Shown here in pieces: positions 18,908-28,059 of a stretch of 64,000 nt of DNA. The position numbers and the translations under genes were made by a program. This stretch comes from Planctomycetota bacterium (GTDB lineage: Bacteria > Planctomycetota > UBA8108 > UBA1146): assembly GCA_014240375.1 (NCBI GenBank), contig JAAZXB010000012.1, positions 15,829 to 79,828 of the forward strand, given 5' to 3'. The stretch's first letter is position 1. The number at the start of each line of letters is the position of its first letter. The notes under the pieces are model-generated. The model worked only from the letters and a program-made list of their open reading frames with translations, was not told where the DNA came from and searched no databases.

Positions 18908-18983
18908 GCCGGTGTAGCTCAGTTGGTAGAGCAAAGGAATCATAATCCTTGGGTCCGGGGTTCGAGTCCCTGCGCCGGTACCA
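18908..18983 (+). tRNA. tRNA-Met (anticodon CAU), elongator-like, CCA encoded
   Basis: I folded the cloverleaf by hand. The D arm is GCTCAGTTGGTAGAGC, the anticodon loop is AATCATAAT (CAT at 34-36), the T arm is GGTTCGAGTCC, and the acceptor stem is 7 bp with two G-U pairs. It resembles elongator tRNA-Met. Confidence 0.8.
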
Positions 18984-18997
18984 ATTTGCGATGTGCA

Positions 18998-19030
18998 CTC
19001 CCGACCGACCGGGTCGGTCGGGAGTTTTTC
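18998..19030 (+). terminator. Rho-independent terminator downstream of tRNA-Met
   Basis: CTCCCGACCGACC-G-GGTCGGTCGGGAG is a perfect inverted repeat followed by TTTTTCTT. Confidence 0.75.
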
Positions 19031-19143
19031 TTCGATATCAGCGCTCATTCGTTGCACCATCGCTGGCGAGGAACTCGGGGGGCACTGCAACTCGAGTACC
19101 GATGGATCGAAATCGATGAATCGAAATCGAGAGGGGAAGCGAC

Positions 19144-19503
19144 ATGGCACAAGATGGGCCTTCTCACCATCCTCGGCCGGATCCTGATCGACCGGTGATC
19201 GACGAGGCGCTGGTGCGAAAAACCGCTCACCTGGCGCGGCTGGAAGTCTCTGACGATGAAATCCCGGGACTGGTCGAGCACCTGGAAAAGATTCTTGATC
19301 TGGTCGATACACTGCGATCGGTCGAGATTCCCGAGGGCCATCGGTCCGATCTTCACGTCTCGCAAGCGACCGTCTCGATGACCCGTGAAGATCAATCCGC
19401 AACCCCGACCGATGCCGGTGGCCCCAGAGACCCGGCAGCGTTCGGCGGAAATGCTCCCGACTGGCGAGATGGTTCCTTTGTCACCCCAAGAGTCGTCGGC
19501 TAG
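19144..19503 (+). CDS. gatC: Asp/Glu-tRNA amidotransferase subunit C
   Basis: IDEALVRKTAHLARLEVSDDEIPGLVEHLEKILDLVDTL matches the GatC core. Alternative GTG start at 19195. Confidence 0.8.
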   Translation: MAQDGPSHHPRPDPDRPVIDEALVRKTAHLARLEVSDDEIPGLVEHLEKILDLVDTLRSVEIPEGHRSDLHVSQATVSMTREDQSATPTDAGGPRDPAAFGGNAPDWRDGSFVTPRVVG

Positions 19504-19509
19504 GGGATC

Positions 19510-20973
19510 ATGTCGAATCGATCATCCCTACCTCCGATGGACGCCACGGTCGGTGAAGCGCAGCAATGGCTCACCGATGGCCACTGCACCTCGCGTCAGT
19601 TGATCGACGGCTACCTCGAGTTTCTTCAGGGGGTCGGCCGGGAGTTGAACGCTGTGGTCGAGATCTTCATCGAGTCCGCGCAGCAAACTGCCGATCAGAG
19701 TGACCAGAGGCGAGCCCAGGGGAAGTGCTTTGGGCCACTCGATGGAATCCCCTTTACCGCAAAAATGAACATCACGACACAACTCGGCAGTAGCGATGCT
19801 TCGAGCCCGATGCTCCGAGGATTCCAGGCTCAAGAAGATGCCACTGCGGTTCGCCGCCTCCGTGCTGCCGGTGCAGTACTGGTGGGGAAGACCAGTTGTG
19901 ATGAGTTCGCCATGGGAGCTTCCAACGAGACATCTTCCCACGGTGTGGTCTCCAATCCGTGGGACCGAGAGCGGGTGCCGGGGGGGTCGAGCGGTGGTTC
20001 CGCCGCACTGGCCGGGAGTCACGGTTGGTCTTTTCATCTCGGCAGCGATACCGGCGGATCGATCCGCCAACCGGCGGCTTTTTGCAATGCCACTGCCATC
20101 AAGCCGACCTGGGGCCGGGTCTCCCGACGTGGCCTGATCGCCTTCGGCTCGAGCCTCGATCAAATCTGTCCGATTGCCCGGGATGCCGTCGATTGTCAAA
20201 GCGTCTTGCAGGTGCTGGAGGGGCACGATCCGCTCGATAGCACCAGTTTGCGCCTGGACAGCTCTTCTCTGCCACCGATCGGTCGCGTCGCCTTGATCAG
20301 CGACGGTCTCGGGCCGGGCATCGATGCTTCCATCGCCACGGCGGTACGATCTGCTGCACAGCAGATGGCCAGTCAGGGGATCGAGATCATCGAGAGGTCA
20401 TTGCCGCATCTAGAGGCTGCGAACGCTTGCTACCAGGTGATCTCCACCGCCGAGGCGTCGTCGAATCTGGCTCGCTACGACGGGGTTCACGTCGGAGTGC
20501 GAGGGCAATCTGAAGATCTCCAGCAACTGTACGAGACCAGTCGCCATCAAGGATTCGGCAGCGAGGTTCGTCGAAGAATATTGCTCGGAACCTTCGTGCT
20601 CTCGGCGGGGTATCAAGATGCGTATTACAACCGTGCACTGGCAGTACGAGAGTTAATCCGTCAAGGGATCGATCAGGTACTGGAAGAGTGTGATGCACTT
20701 CTGTTGCCGGTTTCGCCCTTTGCTCCCTTCCCCATCGGTGAGCGTATCGACGATCCATTGGCGTTGTACGCCTGCGATATCTTGACGGTGACCGCGAACT
20801 TGGCCGGAGTTCCGGCGCTGGCGTTGCCGTGTGATTTTGATGAAGAAAAATTACCGATCGGAATGCAACTGATGGGGGCCCACGGTAGCGACCATGCACT
20901 ACTGGAGTTTGGCCAGCGTTGGCAGCGCTGGAACGATAAGCATCGGGCACTCCCGCAAGGGAGCGCACGATGA
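19510..20973 (+). CDS. gatA: Asp/Glu-tRNA amidotransferase subunit A
   Basis: Amidase signature GGSSGGSAALAGS and the size (487 aa) fit GatA, and it sits between gatC and gatB. Confidence 0.9.
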   Translation: MSNRSSLPPMDATVGEAQQWLTDGHCTSRQLIDGYLEFLQGVGRELNAVVEIFIESAQQTADQSDQRRAQGKCFGPLDGIPFTAKMNITTQLGSSDASSPMLRGFQAQEDATAVRRLRAAGAVLVGKTSCDEFAMGASNETSSHGVVSNPWDRERVPGGSSGGSAALAGSHGWSFHLGSDTGGSIRQPAAFCNATAIKPTWGRVSRRGLIAFGSSLDQICPIARDAVDCQSVLQVLEGHDPLDSTSLRLDSSSLPPIGRVALISDGLGPGIDASIATAVRSAAQQMASQGIEIIERSLPHLEAANACYQVISTAEASSNLARYDGVHVGVRGQSEDLQQLYETSRHQGFGSEVRRRILLGTFVLSAGYQDAYYNRALAVRELIRQGIDQVLEECDALLLPVSPFAPFPIGERIDDPLALYACDILTVTANLAGVPALALPCDFDEEKLPIGMQLMGAHGSDHALLEFGQRWQRWNDKHRALPQGSAR

Positions 20974-22415
20974 GCGGGAAAACGACGAGCTGGAAAACGG
21001 TGGTTGGCCTCGAGATCCATGCCCAGATGTCGACACGGAGCAAGATGTTCTGTGCCTGTGTGCGATCGACGGGAACCACTCCGAACCAGCATCTCTGTCC
21101 GGTTTGCACCGGCTGGCCCGGTGCATTGCCGGTGATCAACCAGGCGGCGGTTCGCCGGGCGATCCGAGCCGCGATCAGCCTCGACTGCGGAGTTCAACGA
21201 GAGAGTCGATTCGATCGCAAGAACTACTTCTATCCCGATCTTCCCAAGGGCTATCAGATCAGCCAGTTCTATCGCCCTTATGCCCTCGGTGGCGCCATCC
21301 AATTTGAACGAGACGATGGTTCCCCCGGGGTTCTGCCGCTGGTCCGAATTCACATGGAGGAGGACGCTGGCAAGTCGGTCCATGCCGAAGATGGCACCAG
21401 TCGTATCGATCTCAACCGATGCAGCAGTCCGTTGCTTGAAATTGTTACCGAACCGCTGCAGATGAGCGGGATCGAGGCGGCACGCTGCGTCCGCTCGACC
21501 CGAGAACTGTTGCGCTGGATCGGTGTTTGCGATGGCGATATGGAGAAGGGAAACCTTCGTGCGGATGTCAATGTGTCGATTCATCGCGAAGGGGATACTG
21601 TCCTGGGAACTCGCACCGAACTGAAGAACCTCAATTCGTTCGTCTCCATCGAGAGATCGGTCGAAGTGGAGTCTGCTCGCCAGGCGGTGGTACTGGAAGC
21701 GGGAGGCATGATTCGTCAGGAAACTCGTCTGTGGGATCAGGATCTGGAGCAGACCGAGGAGATGCGTGGCAAGGAAGACTCTCCAGATTACCGCTACTTT
21801 CCCGATCCGGATCTGCCCGTACTGATCATCGAAGCGTCAGACATCGATCGAGAACGGGACTCTTTACCCGAGTCCATCGGTGCCAGGAGAACTCGATACA
21901 TCGATCAGTTGAAGATCGATGCGCGAGATGCCGAATCGATCCTGGCGCGGCGAGAGTTCGGTGACTTCTTTGATCAATTGCTGGCCGCTGGTCTCTCACC
22001 CGCCTCGGCATCGAACTGGTTTCGTGGCGAGGTCCTCAAGCACCTCAATGATCGAGAGGAATCGATCGAGGAGTACCCACTGACCGCGGCTTCCATCGTA
22101 GAGGTGGTCGAGGCGGTGGAGGGGGATCGGATCAGCGTGGCCAAGGGGCGAGAAATCCTTCAGGCGGCCCTCGACCAGGGCTGCTCTCCGGCGAATATCC
22201 TTGCACAAACGGGTGAGCAGGTCAGTGACGAGGCTGCGCTGATCGGTTGGGTCCAGCAGGTCGTGGATGCCAATCCCGATGCCGCGACAAAGATCCGCGC
22301 CGGCGACAGTAAGCCGCTCGGCTTCCTCATGGGACAGGTGATGAAGGCCAGCTCGGGGCAGGCCCACCCTCGCCGGGTTCAGGAGATCCTCCAGCGGTTG
22401 ATTCAACACGACTGA
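20970..22415 (+). CDS. gatB: Asp/Glu-tRNA amidotransferase subunit B
   Basis: N-terminal WKTVVGLEIHAQMSTRSKMFCAC...CPVCTGWPGALP matches GatB. The start overlaps the gatA stop (ATGA). Confidence 0.9.
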   Translation: MSGKTTSWKTVVGLEIHAQMSTRSKMFCACVRSTGTTPNQHLCPVCTGWPGALPVINQAAVRRAIRAAISLDCGVQRESRFDRKNYFYPDLPKGYQISQFYRPYALGGAIQFERDDGSPGVLPLVRIHMEEDAGKSVHAEDGTSRIDLNRCSSPLLEIVTEPLQMSGIEAARCVRSTRELLRWIGVCDGDMEKGNLRADVNVSIHREGDTVLGTRTELKNLNSFVSIERSVEVESARQAVVLEAGGMIRQETRLWDQDLEQTEEMRGKEDSPDYRYFPDPDLPVLIIEASDIDRERDSLPESIGARRTRYIDQLKIDARDAESILARREFGDFFDQLLAAGLSPASASNWFRGEVLKHLNDREESIEEYPLTAASIVEVVEAVEGDRISVAKGREILQAALDQGCSPANILAQTGEQVSDEAALIGWVQQVVDANPDAATKIRAGDSKPLGFLMGQVMKASSGQAHPRRVQEILQRLIQHD

Positions 22416-22442
22416 ACTTATGTCACCGGTGAGCACTGCGTC

Positions 22443-24566
22443 TCAGGGGGTCGGCAATACGATCGTTTCCGGACCCTCCGAGGTGATCACGAAGGTGCTG
22501 TACCTGCCGTTGGCTTCGATCCGGATCTGTCTCGATCCGAATGCGGGGACCTCGAGCCAGCCGGGTGGTATCAGCGTTTCACCGGAATCGAGGATCATTC
22601 GGGCCGGTGAACTGGTTTTTACCCGAACCGGAATCGTCAAGCCTGCGGTCGCGTCATTCGATGGGTACTGCTCGAGTAACTGGAAATTGATGCGCCTCAC
22701 CTCGGTCAGGTTGTGCTGGACCCGTGCCTCATCGGCTCGGCGGCGCAGTGCCGCGGCCTGATGATCTTGCGCTTCCCACTGCTCCCTCAAACTCCGGGTT
22801 TCGGCAACAGCACCGTATTGGCTCGCCAATTTCAACTGCTGGCGGACCGCCTCGGAGTTGCCGAGGATGCGGGCGCCCTTGGCGGCCAGGATGGCACTGT
22901 GGGCGAGAGTTGAGTAGTGGCTCCGACCGTCCTGTCTGCGCTTCTCGACCAGCGCTTCCGCACTGTCGAGACCTTCTTTCCACGGACCGGGGGGGAGCCA
23001 TTGGAGCCAGGGCTGGGCTTCTTTTTGCCACTGTTCCGGGGGCATGGTATCGGCAGTGGCGATCACATGTTGCAACGAAAACTCTGCATAGATGAGAATC
23101 ACTGCGGTGGCCAGGAAGGGTGCAAGCATGCAGAACCTGCGGATGTGGCGAAGTGCTTTCTGTCCCGTTCGAGCTTGTGTCTCCTCGACTCCTCTGTTTC
23201 TCCGTAGCACCCGTACGCTTTCTGCAATCTCTCGCGCCCTGTGGATGTTTCCCTCGGAGGCCTGGCGTGCTGCGAGGCGTTCGAGTGCCTGTTCGGAGGC
23301 CTGTTCCTCGCCATGGTCGAGCAGGAAGTCAATTTTAGCCTGTTGCATCTCGTGATCATCCGGGTGCAAAGCCTCGAGGCTATCGATGATTCTCAGCGCC
23401 CTGCGGCGGTGTGTCCCTCTGTGCAAGTGAGAAGCGACGCGAACTCCTTCGCGGATCTGCATCGAAGGAGTCTCATGGGTCGCGATCAGTTGGAGTCTCA
23501 GTTGGTCTTCATCGGAGACCTCGATGGCTCTCCTGAGGTAGCGCCTACCCTCCTCCGGTTGACTGCCACCGAGCAATTGTTCGGAGCGTTCGACGAGGAT
23601 CTCGATGCGAGTGTTGTGGGCCAGATCATCTTCGGGTGATTCCGTCAGGATCTGGTCGAGAATGGCGATGGCGGACTCGGGATCCCTGGCAGTTCGGTGG
23701 GCTTCGACGATGCGGATCTCCGCCGATCGCTTTGCATGGCGATCTCCGCTCAGTTGATGCAAATGCCGCAACTTCTCGAGAATCTTGATCGGTTCCGCTG
23801 CCATCGGTGTCGCCTGTTCCAGTTTCTCTACCAGTTCAGATCGGGAAGTTTCGTCGATCTGGTCGAGCCTGACCCGGGCCAGTTCGGGGAATTTCTTCTT
23901 GAAGAGCCAACCCTGGCGAGTTCCTCCTGCCAGGTAGTGCAGCGTCCAGATGGGAGAGAAGGGGGAGTCCGCTTCGATCTCCCGTATGGTCCTGAAACCG
24001 TCCACCAGCATGGCGATGCGAGCGAAGCACCAGTGACCCTGTTCGTCTCGAGCCTGGATCCCACCGGGAGAGAGCAGCACGAGTTCCTCAGGAGCCGGTA
24101 GTATACTTCTGGCTTTTTCCAGTATCGCCAACTGCTGATCCAACTGATCCATCAACGTCTTGGCGTCGATACCACTGGTGATCTCCACCGTGCTGCCCGA
24201 TTGTTCCTCGAACAGGAAACCCTCGCCATTTCCGGTGAAAGCGTGGATCAGGATCGAGACCGCCTGTTGTTGGCAGATCTTGTTCCGGACACCCTCATCG
24301 AGGTCCTTTACCGAGGATAGGATCACTTTCAGATCGCGACTTTCGGTGTACCAGAGAGCCAGCAGCGAGTCGAGTTGCTCCGGTGCCAGCACATTGGACC
24401 AGTCACTGACATCGGGGAAGTGCTGGGCGGTGGGCTCGGAATAAAACTGGAATAGAGTTCCATCGAAGAGGATCCTCTGGGCGTCTTGTCCACGACCCAG
24501 ATGGAATGTTCCGGCGGTCTTCTCTGCGACCTTTTGCTCGAGAATTTTTTTCAGATCGTCATTCAT
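22443..24566 (-). CDS. Hypothetical protein (N-terminal DUF4388-like region, TPR-like middle, one TM helix, C-terminal PEGA-like beta domain)
   Basis: Start MNDDLKKILEQ with GGGAG 9 nt upstream; the stop of the upstream gene is 2 nt before it (TGA-ac-ATG). The TM segment is FCMLAPFLATAVILIYAEF. Domain calls are tentative. Confidence 0.55.
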   Translation of the reverse strand: MNDDLKKILEQKVAEKTAGTFHLGRGQDAQRILFDGTLFQFYSEPTAQHFPDVSDWSNVLAPEQLDSLLALWYTESRDLKVILSSVKDLDEGVRNKICQQQAVSILIHAFTGNGEGFLFEEQSGSTVEITSGIDAKTLMDQLDQQLAILEKARSILPAPEELVLLSPGGIQARDEQGHWCFARIAMLVDGFRTIREIEADSPFSPIWTLHYLAGGTRQGWLFKKKFPELARVRLDQIDETSRSELVEKLEQATPMAAEPIKILEKLRHLHQLSGDRHAKRSAEIRIVEAHRTARDPESAIAILDQILTESPEDDLAHNTRIEILVERSEQLLGGSQPEEGRRYLRRAIEVSDEDQLRLQLIATHETPSMQIREGVRVASHLHRGTHRRRALRIIDSLEALHPDDHEMQQAKIDFLLDHGEEQASEQALERLAARQASEGNIHRAREIAESVRVLRRNRGVEETQARTGQKALRHIRRFCMLAPFLATAVILIYAEFSLQHVIATADTMPPEQWQKEAQPWLQWLPPGPWKEGLDSAEALVEKRRQDGRSHYSTLAHSAILAAKGARILGNSEAVRQQLKLASQYGAVAETRSLREQWEAQDHQAAALRRRADEARVQHNLTEVRRINFQLLEQYPSNDATAGLTIPVRVKTSSPARMILDSGETLIPPGWLEVPAFGSRQIRIEANGRYSTFVITSEGPETIVLPTP

Positions 24567-24568
24567 GT

Positions 24569-25672
24569 TCAGCGGCTCCCTCTGCTTTTGAGGACTTTCC
24601 ACGGGTGTTTTCTTAACTGTGTCGCTAGCGGTAACAGAGGGTCGGTAGTGTCGAGTTGGTCGATGGTTTCCCGCAGAAGTTGCCACGCACCGGGGGTTCG
24701 ACTACGAGCGAGTCCGAACATTGTTGCAGTTCGTATCTGGTCATTGGTCGAGAGCAATAGCGATTGCAAGGTGCTGCGAGATTCCATCTGGACGCAACTG
24801 GCCAGCGATTCGATGCAATTCCAGCGCAAACTTGGATGTTCCGAGGTGACACCCTGGAGTAGCCAAGGGCTTGCCTCCTCGAGAGCAAGGATGCGATACG
24901 CTTGGGCGAGTCGCTTCTTGCCGGTCAAGTCGCTGGCGGGCCAAGCCGTGACCAGTCGTGCCTTCTGGCGTACGGTGCCGCGATTTTTCAGGTATTCGAT
25001 CGTCAGCATCGACACCGCTGGGTCTTGCGAGTGGGGGATCAGATCAGCGATTCCCGGCGCAGCGAAGAGCCAGTTTTTCTGCAGGTACAGTTCGAGGTAG
25101 GAGCGTTGTACTGCCGGTGCGCTCTCGCGACCGAAGGCGGTATCGATGATCTTCAACTGCTGTGCATCGGGATCCGGCCCATACGTGCGCCACCAACCGA
25201 TGGCGATCCTACGTACCACCTCGTCGGTCGCTTCCAGCAGTGACAAGGCGATCGCTGGATCTGTTTTTGCCTGTAACAGTTGCTGCAGGGGCTGTAACAC
25301 CGAGGAGTCATTCACCCGTAGATATCCGCCGGGTAGGACCGTGGCATCTGCGGTTGAAAATTCTCCTTCGACCTCAGCGACCACGAGCCATGCCCCGCGT
25401 TGACCGATGAGGGCACCGATTCCCTCGGTGCCCTCTCCTTCCGGCTCTCTCAACCACCAACTATCACGACCAGCGACTCGCTGGCGATCGGTGGTGATGT
25501 GATAGAGACGGTCCCTCTCTCCTCCGAGCAGTTCGACCACGGTCCCGTGAAGGACCTGATCCGATCTGCGAAACAGCAGCCAGGGGTCTTCGGCCCCCAA
25601 CAGCGATGGTCCCAGCAGTTGGCTGCCGACGAGGAGTATCATGATTTTGAAAATCGAGTTTTTGTTGATCAT
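24569..25672 (-). CDS. Secreted hypothetical protein (signal peptide; alpha-helical repeat-like)
   Basis: Signal peptide MINKNSIFKIMILLVGSQLLGPSLLGA. The start ATG directly abuts the upstream stop (TAG-ATG). Confidence 0.55.
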   Translation of the reverse strand: MINKNSIFKIMILLVGSQLLGPSLLGAEDPWLLFRRSDQVLHGTVVELLGGERDRLYHITTDRQRVAGRDSWWLREPEGEGTEGIGALIGQRGAWLVVAEVEGEFSTADATVLPGGYLRVNDSSVLQPLQQLLQAKTDPAIALSLLEATDEVVRRIAIGWWRTYGPDPDAQQLKIIDTAFGRESAPAVQRSYLELYLQKNWLFAAPGIADLIPHSQDPAVSMLTIEYLKNRGTVRQKARLVTAWPASDLTGKKRLAQAYRILALEEASPWLLQGVTSEHPSLRWNCIESLASCVQMESRSTLQSLLLSTNDQIRTATMFGLARSRTPGAWQLLRETIDQLDTTDPLLPLATQLRKHPWKVLKSRGSR

Positions 25673-27778
25673 CTACGGCTCCAGGGTGGTCCACTCGGCG
25701 ATGTACGCCTCGTTCAGTTCGTTGAAACGGTAACCCGATTCACCCTCGACCAGTGCCGAGGTCAGGCCCAGTGCAGAAGACATCACATTCAGTCCAGGGG
25801 TGTCGACGTGATAAGCAGTGGTGAAGGGGCCGGTGAAGTCGGCACTCGAAACTCCGCCGAATAATCCGCTAGGTGGAGCTCCATTGGCGCACAGACCCAC
25901 GGCATGCCCTACCTCGTGTGCTGCGACCACTGCGACGATCCGACTCCATGCGTCGATGGCGTTCCAAACTCCGTCATAGCGCTGATTCTCAGCGCTGCTA
26001 TTGGTTGGATCGAGGCGCTCAAAGTTCTCCCCCAGTACCACAGCATCGATGGGGTGTTCTCCGACCGCCACTCCCAGTCCTGGGAGCACTTCCTCGAATC
26101 GATTCCGAAAGGTCCAGGAGTTCCAGTAGAACTGCACCATGTTGCTGGTGAAGACCCCTCGATTGGGGGCTCGTTCATCGTTGGTATTGCTGTTTCTGAA
26201 ATCGAAAGTGGCGCGGCCCAGTGCGTAACTGTTGCCATCCACGTCGTCTCCACCGATGCCGAGGGCGCTGGTCGAGTTGACCGGGCTGACCTGGAATTTC
26301 AGTTGTGGTTGCAGGTCTTGTCCGTCGAGCAGTGAGCCCTCGCCATAGAGGTACTGGATGCGCTCGAGGATCGATTGCTCGACCCAAAACTGCACTCTCA
26401 GATCACAACCGGCCGCTACCGCAGCCGTGGTGGGTTGATTCGATTGCAGCCCGATGGTCACCAGGTCCTGCTGGTGATCGGCGCTCCCATCTGCTCCGGT
26501 GTTGGCGAAGGGGACCAGATCTCCTACCGAGTCCAGGTGCCAACCGATGCTGTAATTGTCGCGGGAGAAGTCGAGGTTCCAGCGATCCTGCCAGTCGAAG
26601 GGCAGGGAAGCGGTCGACGCCGGGTGAACATGGAGCTGGTATTGCTGTGCTTCGGAAGGGTTACCCCGCACATCATCGATGACAGCGGTGATGGTGAGGG
26701 TGCCCGTGGGCAGCGATTGTGCGGCGGAGACTTGCCAGCTTGCCGAGCTTCCATCGATGGTGAACAGGTCCGCCAGGTTGGTGTTGGAATCTCGATTGGC
26801 CAGTGGCAGGTTCGCCACGATCGATAAGGTTTGCGCATCGGCGGCGGCTCCTCCAGCTCCTGCGCTCCAATTGACCTGGATCAGGGTACCGATGGCGGGA
26901 ATCGACAGGGTGAAGGGGATGGTTGAGGAGTTGTTGTCGATGTAAGGCTCGCTGCCATTGAGGTAGGGGGGGATCTCGCCGATGGTGATCGAGTTGACGA
27001 TCGGTGCGATGGTATTGAGTGCGATGTAGGGACTGACGGCGGTGGACGATCCGCTCGCATCGGAAGCCACCACACGAACCCTGGCGAAGGGACTCACTAC
27101 TCCGGGAGTATCGATGTGCGAGTTCCAGATCATCTCGACCTGGGAAATCCCCTTGTCGCCGGGAATCACCAGTTCGACACCCGTTTCGAGGGTGGCGATG
27201 TTCCACGGCTCGCTGCCGTCGAGAGACCATTCGAGATGGACCGTGAGAAAGTCCCCATCCGCATCCGAAATCAGGCTGTTGACCGGGATCGGGCCTCCCA
27301 CGGCGCCGGTCGGAATGGTCACCGAATCGACGATGGGAGGGGAGCCCTCTCCGATGGAGAGAGGGTCACTGCGTCGGAATGCATGAACATGGTCATCGAG
27401 ATCGAGCAGTCGTACTTCGAGCAAAATGTCTGCCTGTGGTAGGGTCGTGAGATCTCCGCGGAAGGACCATTCGGTCTGCACCGACTCGAAGGGTGGAGTC
27501 AATGAGATGATGCCATCACTTCCGGAGACTGGAGTGACCGAGTGCCACTGCTGGCCAAGATCGTCGCTGTAATAGAGCCAGGCGTCCCAGGTCCGTGCAG
27601 CGGGATCCACCACATCGAAGCCCACCACGGCGGAACTACTATGTATCTCTACGGTGAAGTTATCGATGGTCGGGGCAGCGGCCTGAGCGAAGACGCTCTT
27701 CTTCTGGCAGCCGCAGGTCAGCAACAGTAAACCGATGAAGAGCAGCCCGATGGTTCGGGAATGGAGGGGTTCGTGCAC
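25673..27778 (-). CDS. Secreted/lipoprotein-like putative zinc metallopeptidase (HEXXH)
   Basis: A GTG start gives MHEPLHSRTIGLLFIGLLLLTCGCQ (signal, possible lipobox), preceded by GAGG. A C-terminal AAHEVGHAVGL HEXXH motif is followed by NELNEAY, a possible gluzincin-type third ligand. The upstream 70 codons of the tracked ORF were trimmed. Confidence 0.6.
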   Translation of the reverse strand: MHEPLHSRTIGLLFIGLLLLTCGCQKKSVFAQAAAPTIDNFTVEIHSSSAVVGFDVVDPAARTWDAWLYYSDDLGQQWHSVTPVSGSDGIISLTPPFESVQTEWSFRGDLTTLPQADILLEVRLLDLDDHVHAFRRSDPLSIGEGSPPIVDSVTIPTGAVGGPIPVNSLISDADGDFLTVHLEWSLDGSEPWNIATLETGVELVIPGDKGISQVEMIWNSHIDTPGVVSPFARVRVVASDASGSSTAVSPYIALNTIAPIVNSITIGEIPPYLNGSEPYIDNNSSTIPFTLSIPAIGTLIQVNWSAGAGGAAADAQTLSIVANLPLANRDSNTNLADLFTIDGSSASWQVSAAQSLPTGTLTITAVIDDVRGNPSEAQQYQLHVHPASTASLPFDWQDRWNLDFSRDNYSIGWHLDSVGDLVPFANTGADGSADHQQDLVTIGLQSNQPTTAAVAAGCDLRVQFWVEQSILERIQYLYGEGSLLDGQDLQPQLKFQVSPVNSTSALGIGGDDVDGNSYALGRATFDFRNSNTNDERAPNRGVFTSNMVQFYWNSWTFRNRFEEVLPGLGVAVGEHPIDAVVLGENFERLDPTNSSAENQRYDGVWNAIDAWSRIVAVVAAHEVGHAVGLCANGAPPSGLFGGVSSADFTGPFTTAYHVDTPGLNVMSSALGLTSALVEGESGYRFNELNEAYIAEWTTLEP

Positions 27779-28059
27779 GATGTCATCTACCTCTCGATTC
27801 CATCCCCCCCCTCTCAAAACGGGAATGGTTTCGGTTTCTTCCGTTCGGCTGGGCCGAAATGGGTTCAGGCACGAGGCTGCCCGAGAAGCCAGTGACACGG
27901 GACATCCACAGGGATGCGATCCGTCAGAGAAGAATACGATAATCTGCTGCTGCAGCCCAATCGACAATGGTGGCAGGGTCCTATCCATCGGCCAATAACA
28001 CCTCTACAATGACCTCTGGTCGGAATTCAACGATTCCGCCTCCGGAAGGAAGCCCGGCG

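Noticed and set aside
19402-19403. Full-length tracked ORF 18056-19402 (minus)
   Set aside because: It would run through tRNA-Met (18908-18983) and its terminator. It was trimmed to the internal Met at 18907, which begins the ComF Zn-ribbon region.
19528-21584. Minus-strand ORFs 19528-20226, 20387-21139, 20673-21584
   Set aside because: They are antisense to gatA and gatB.
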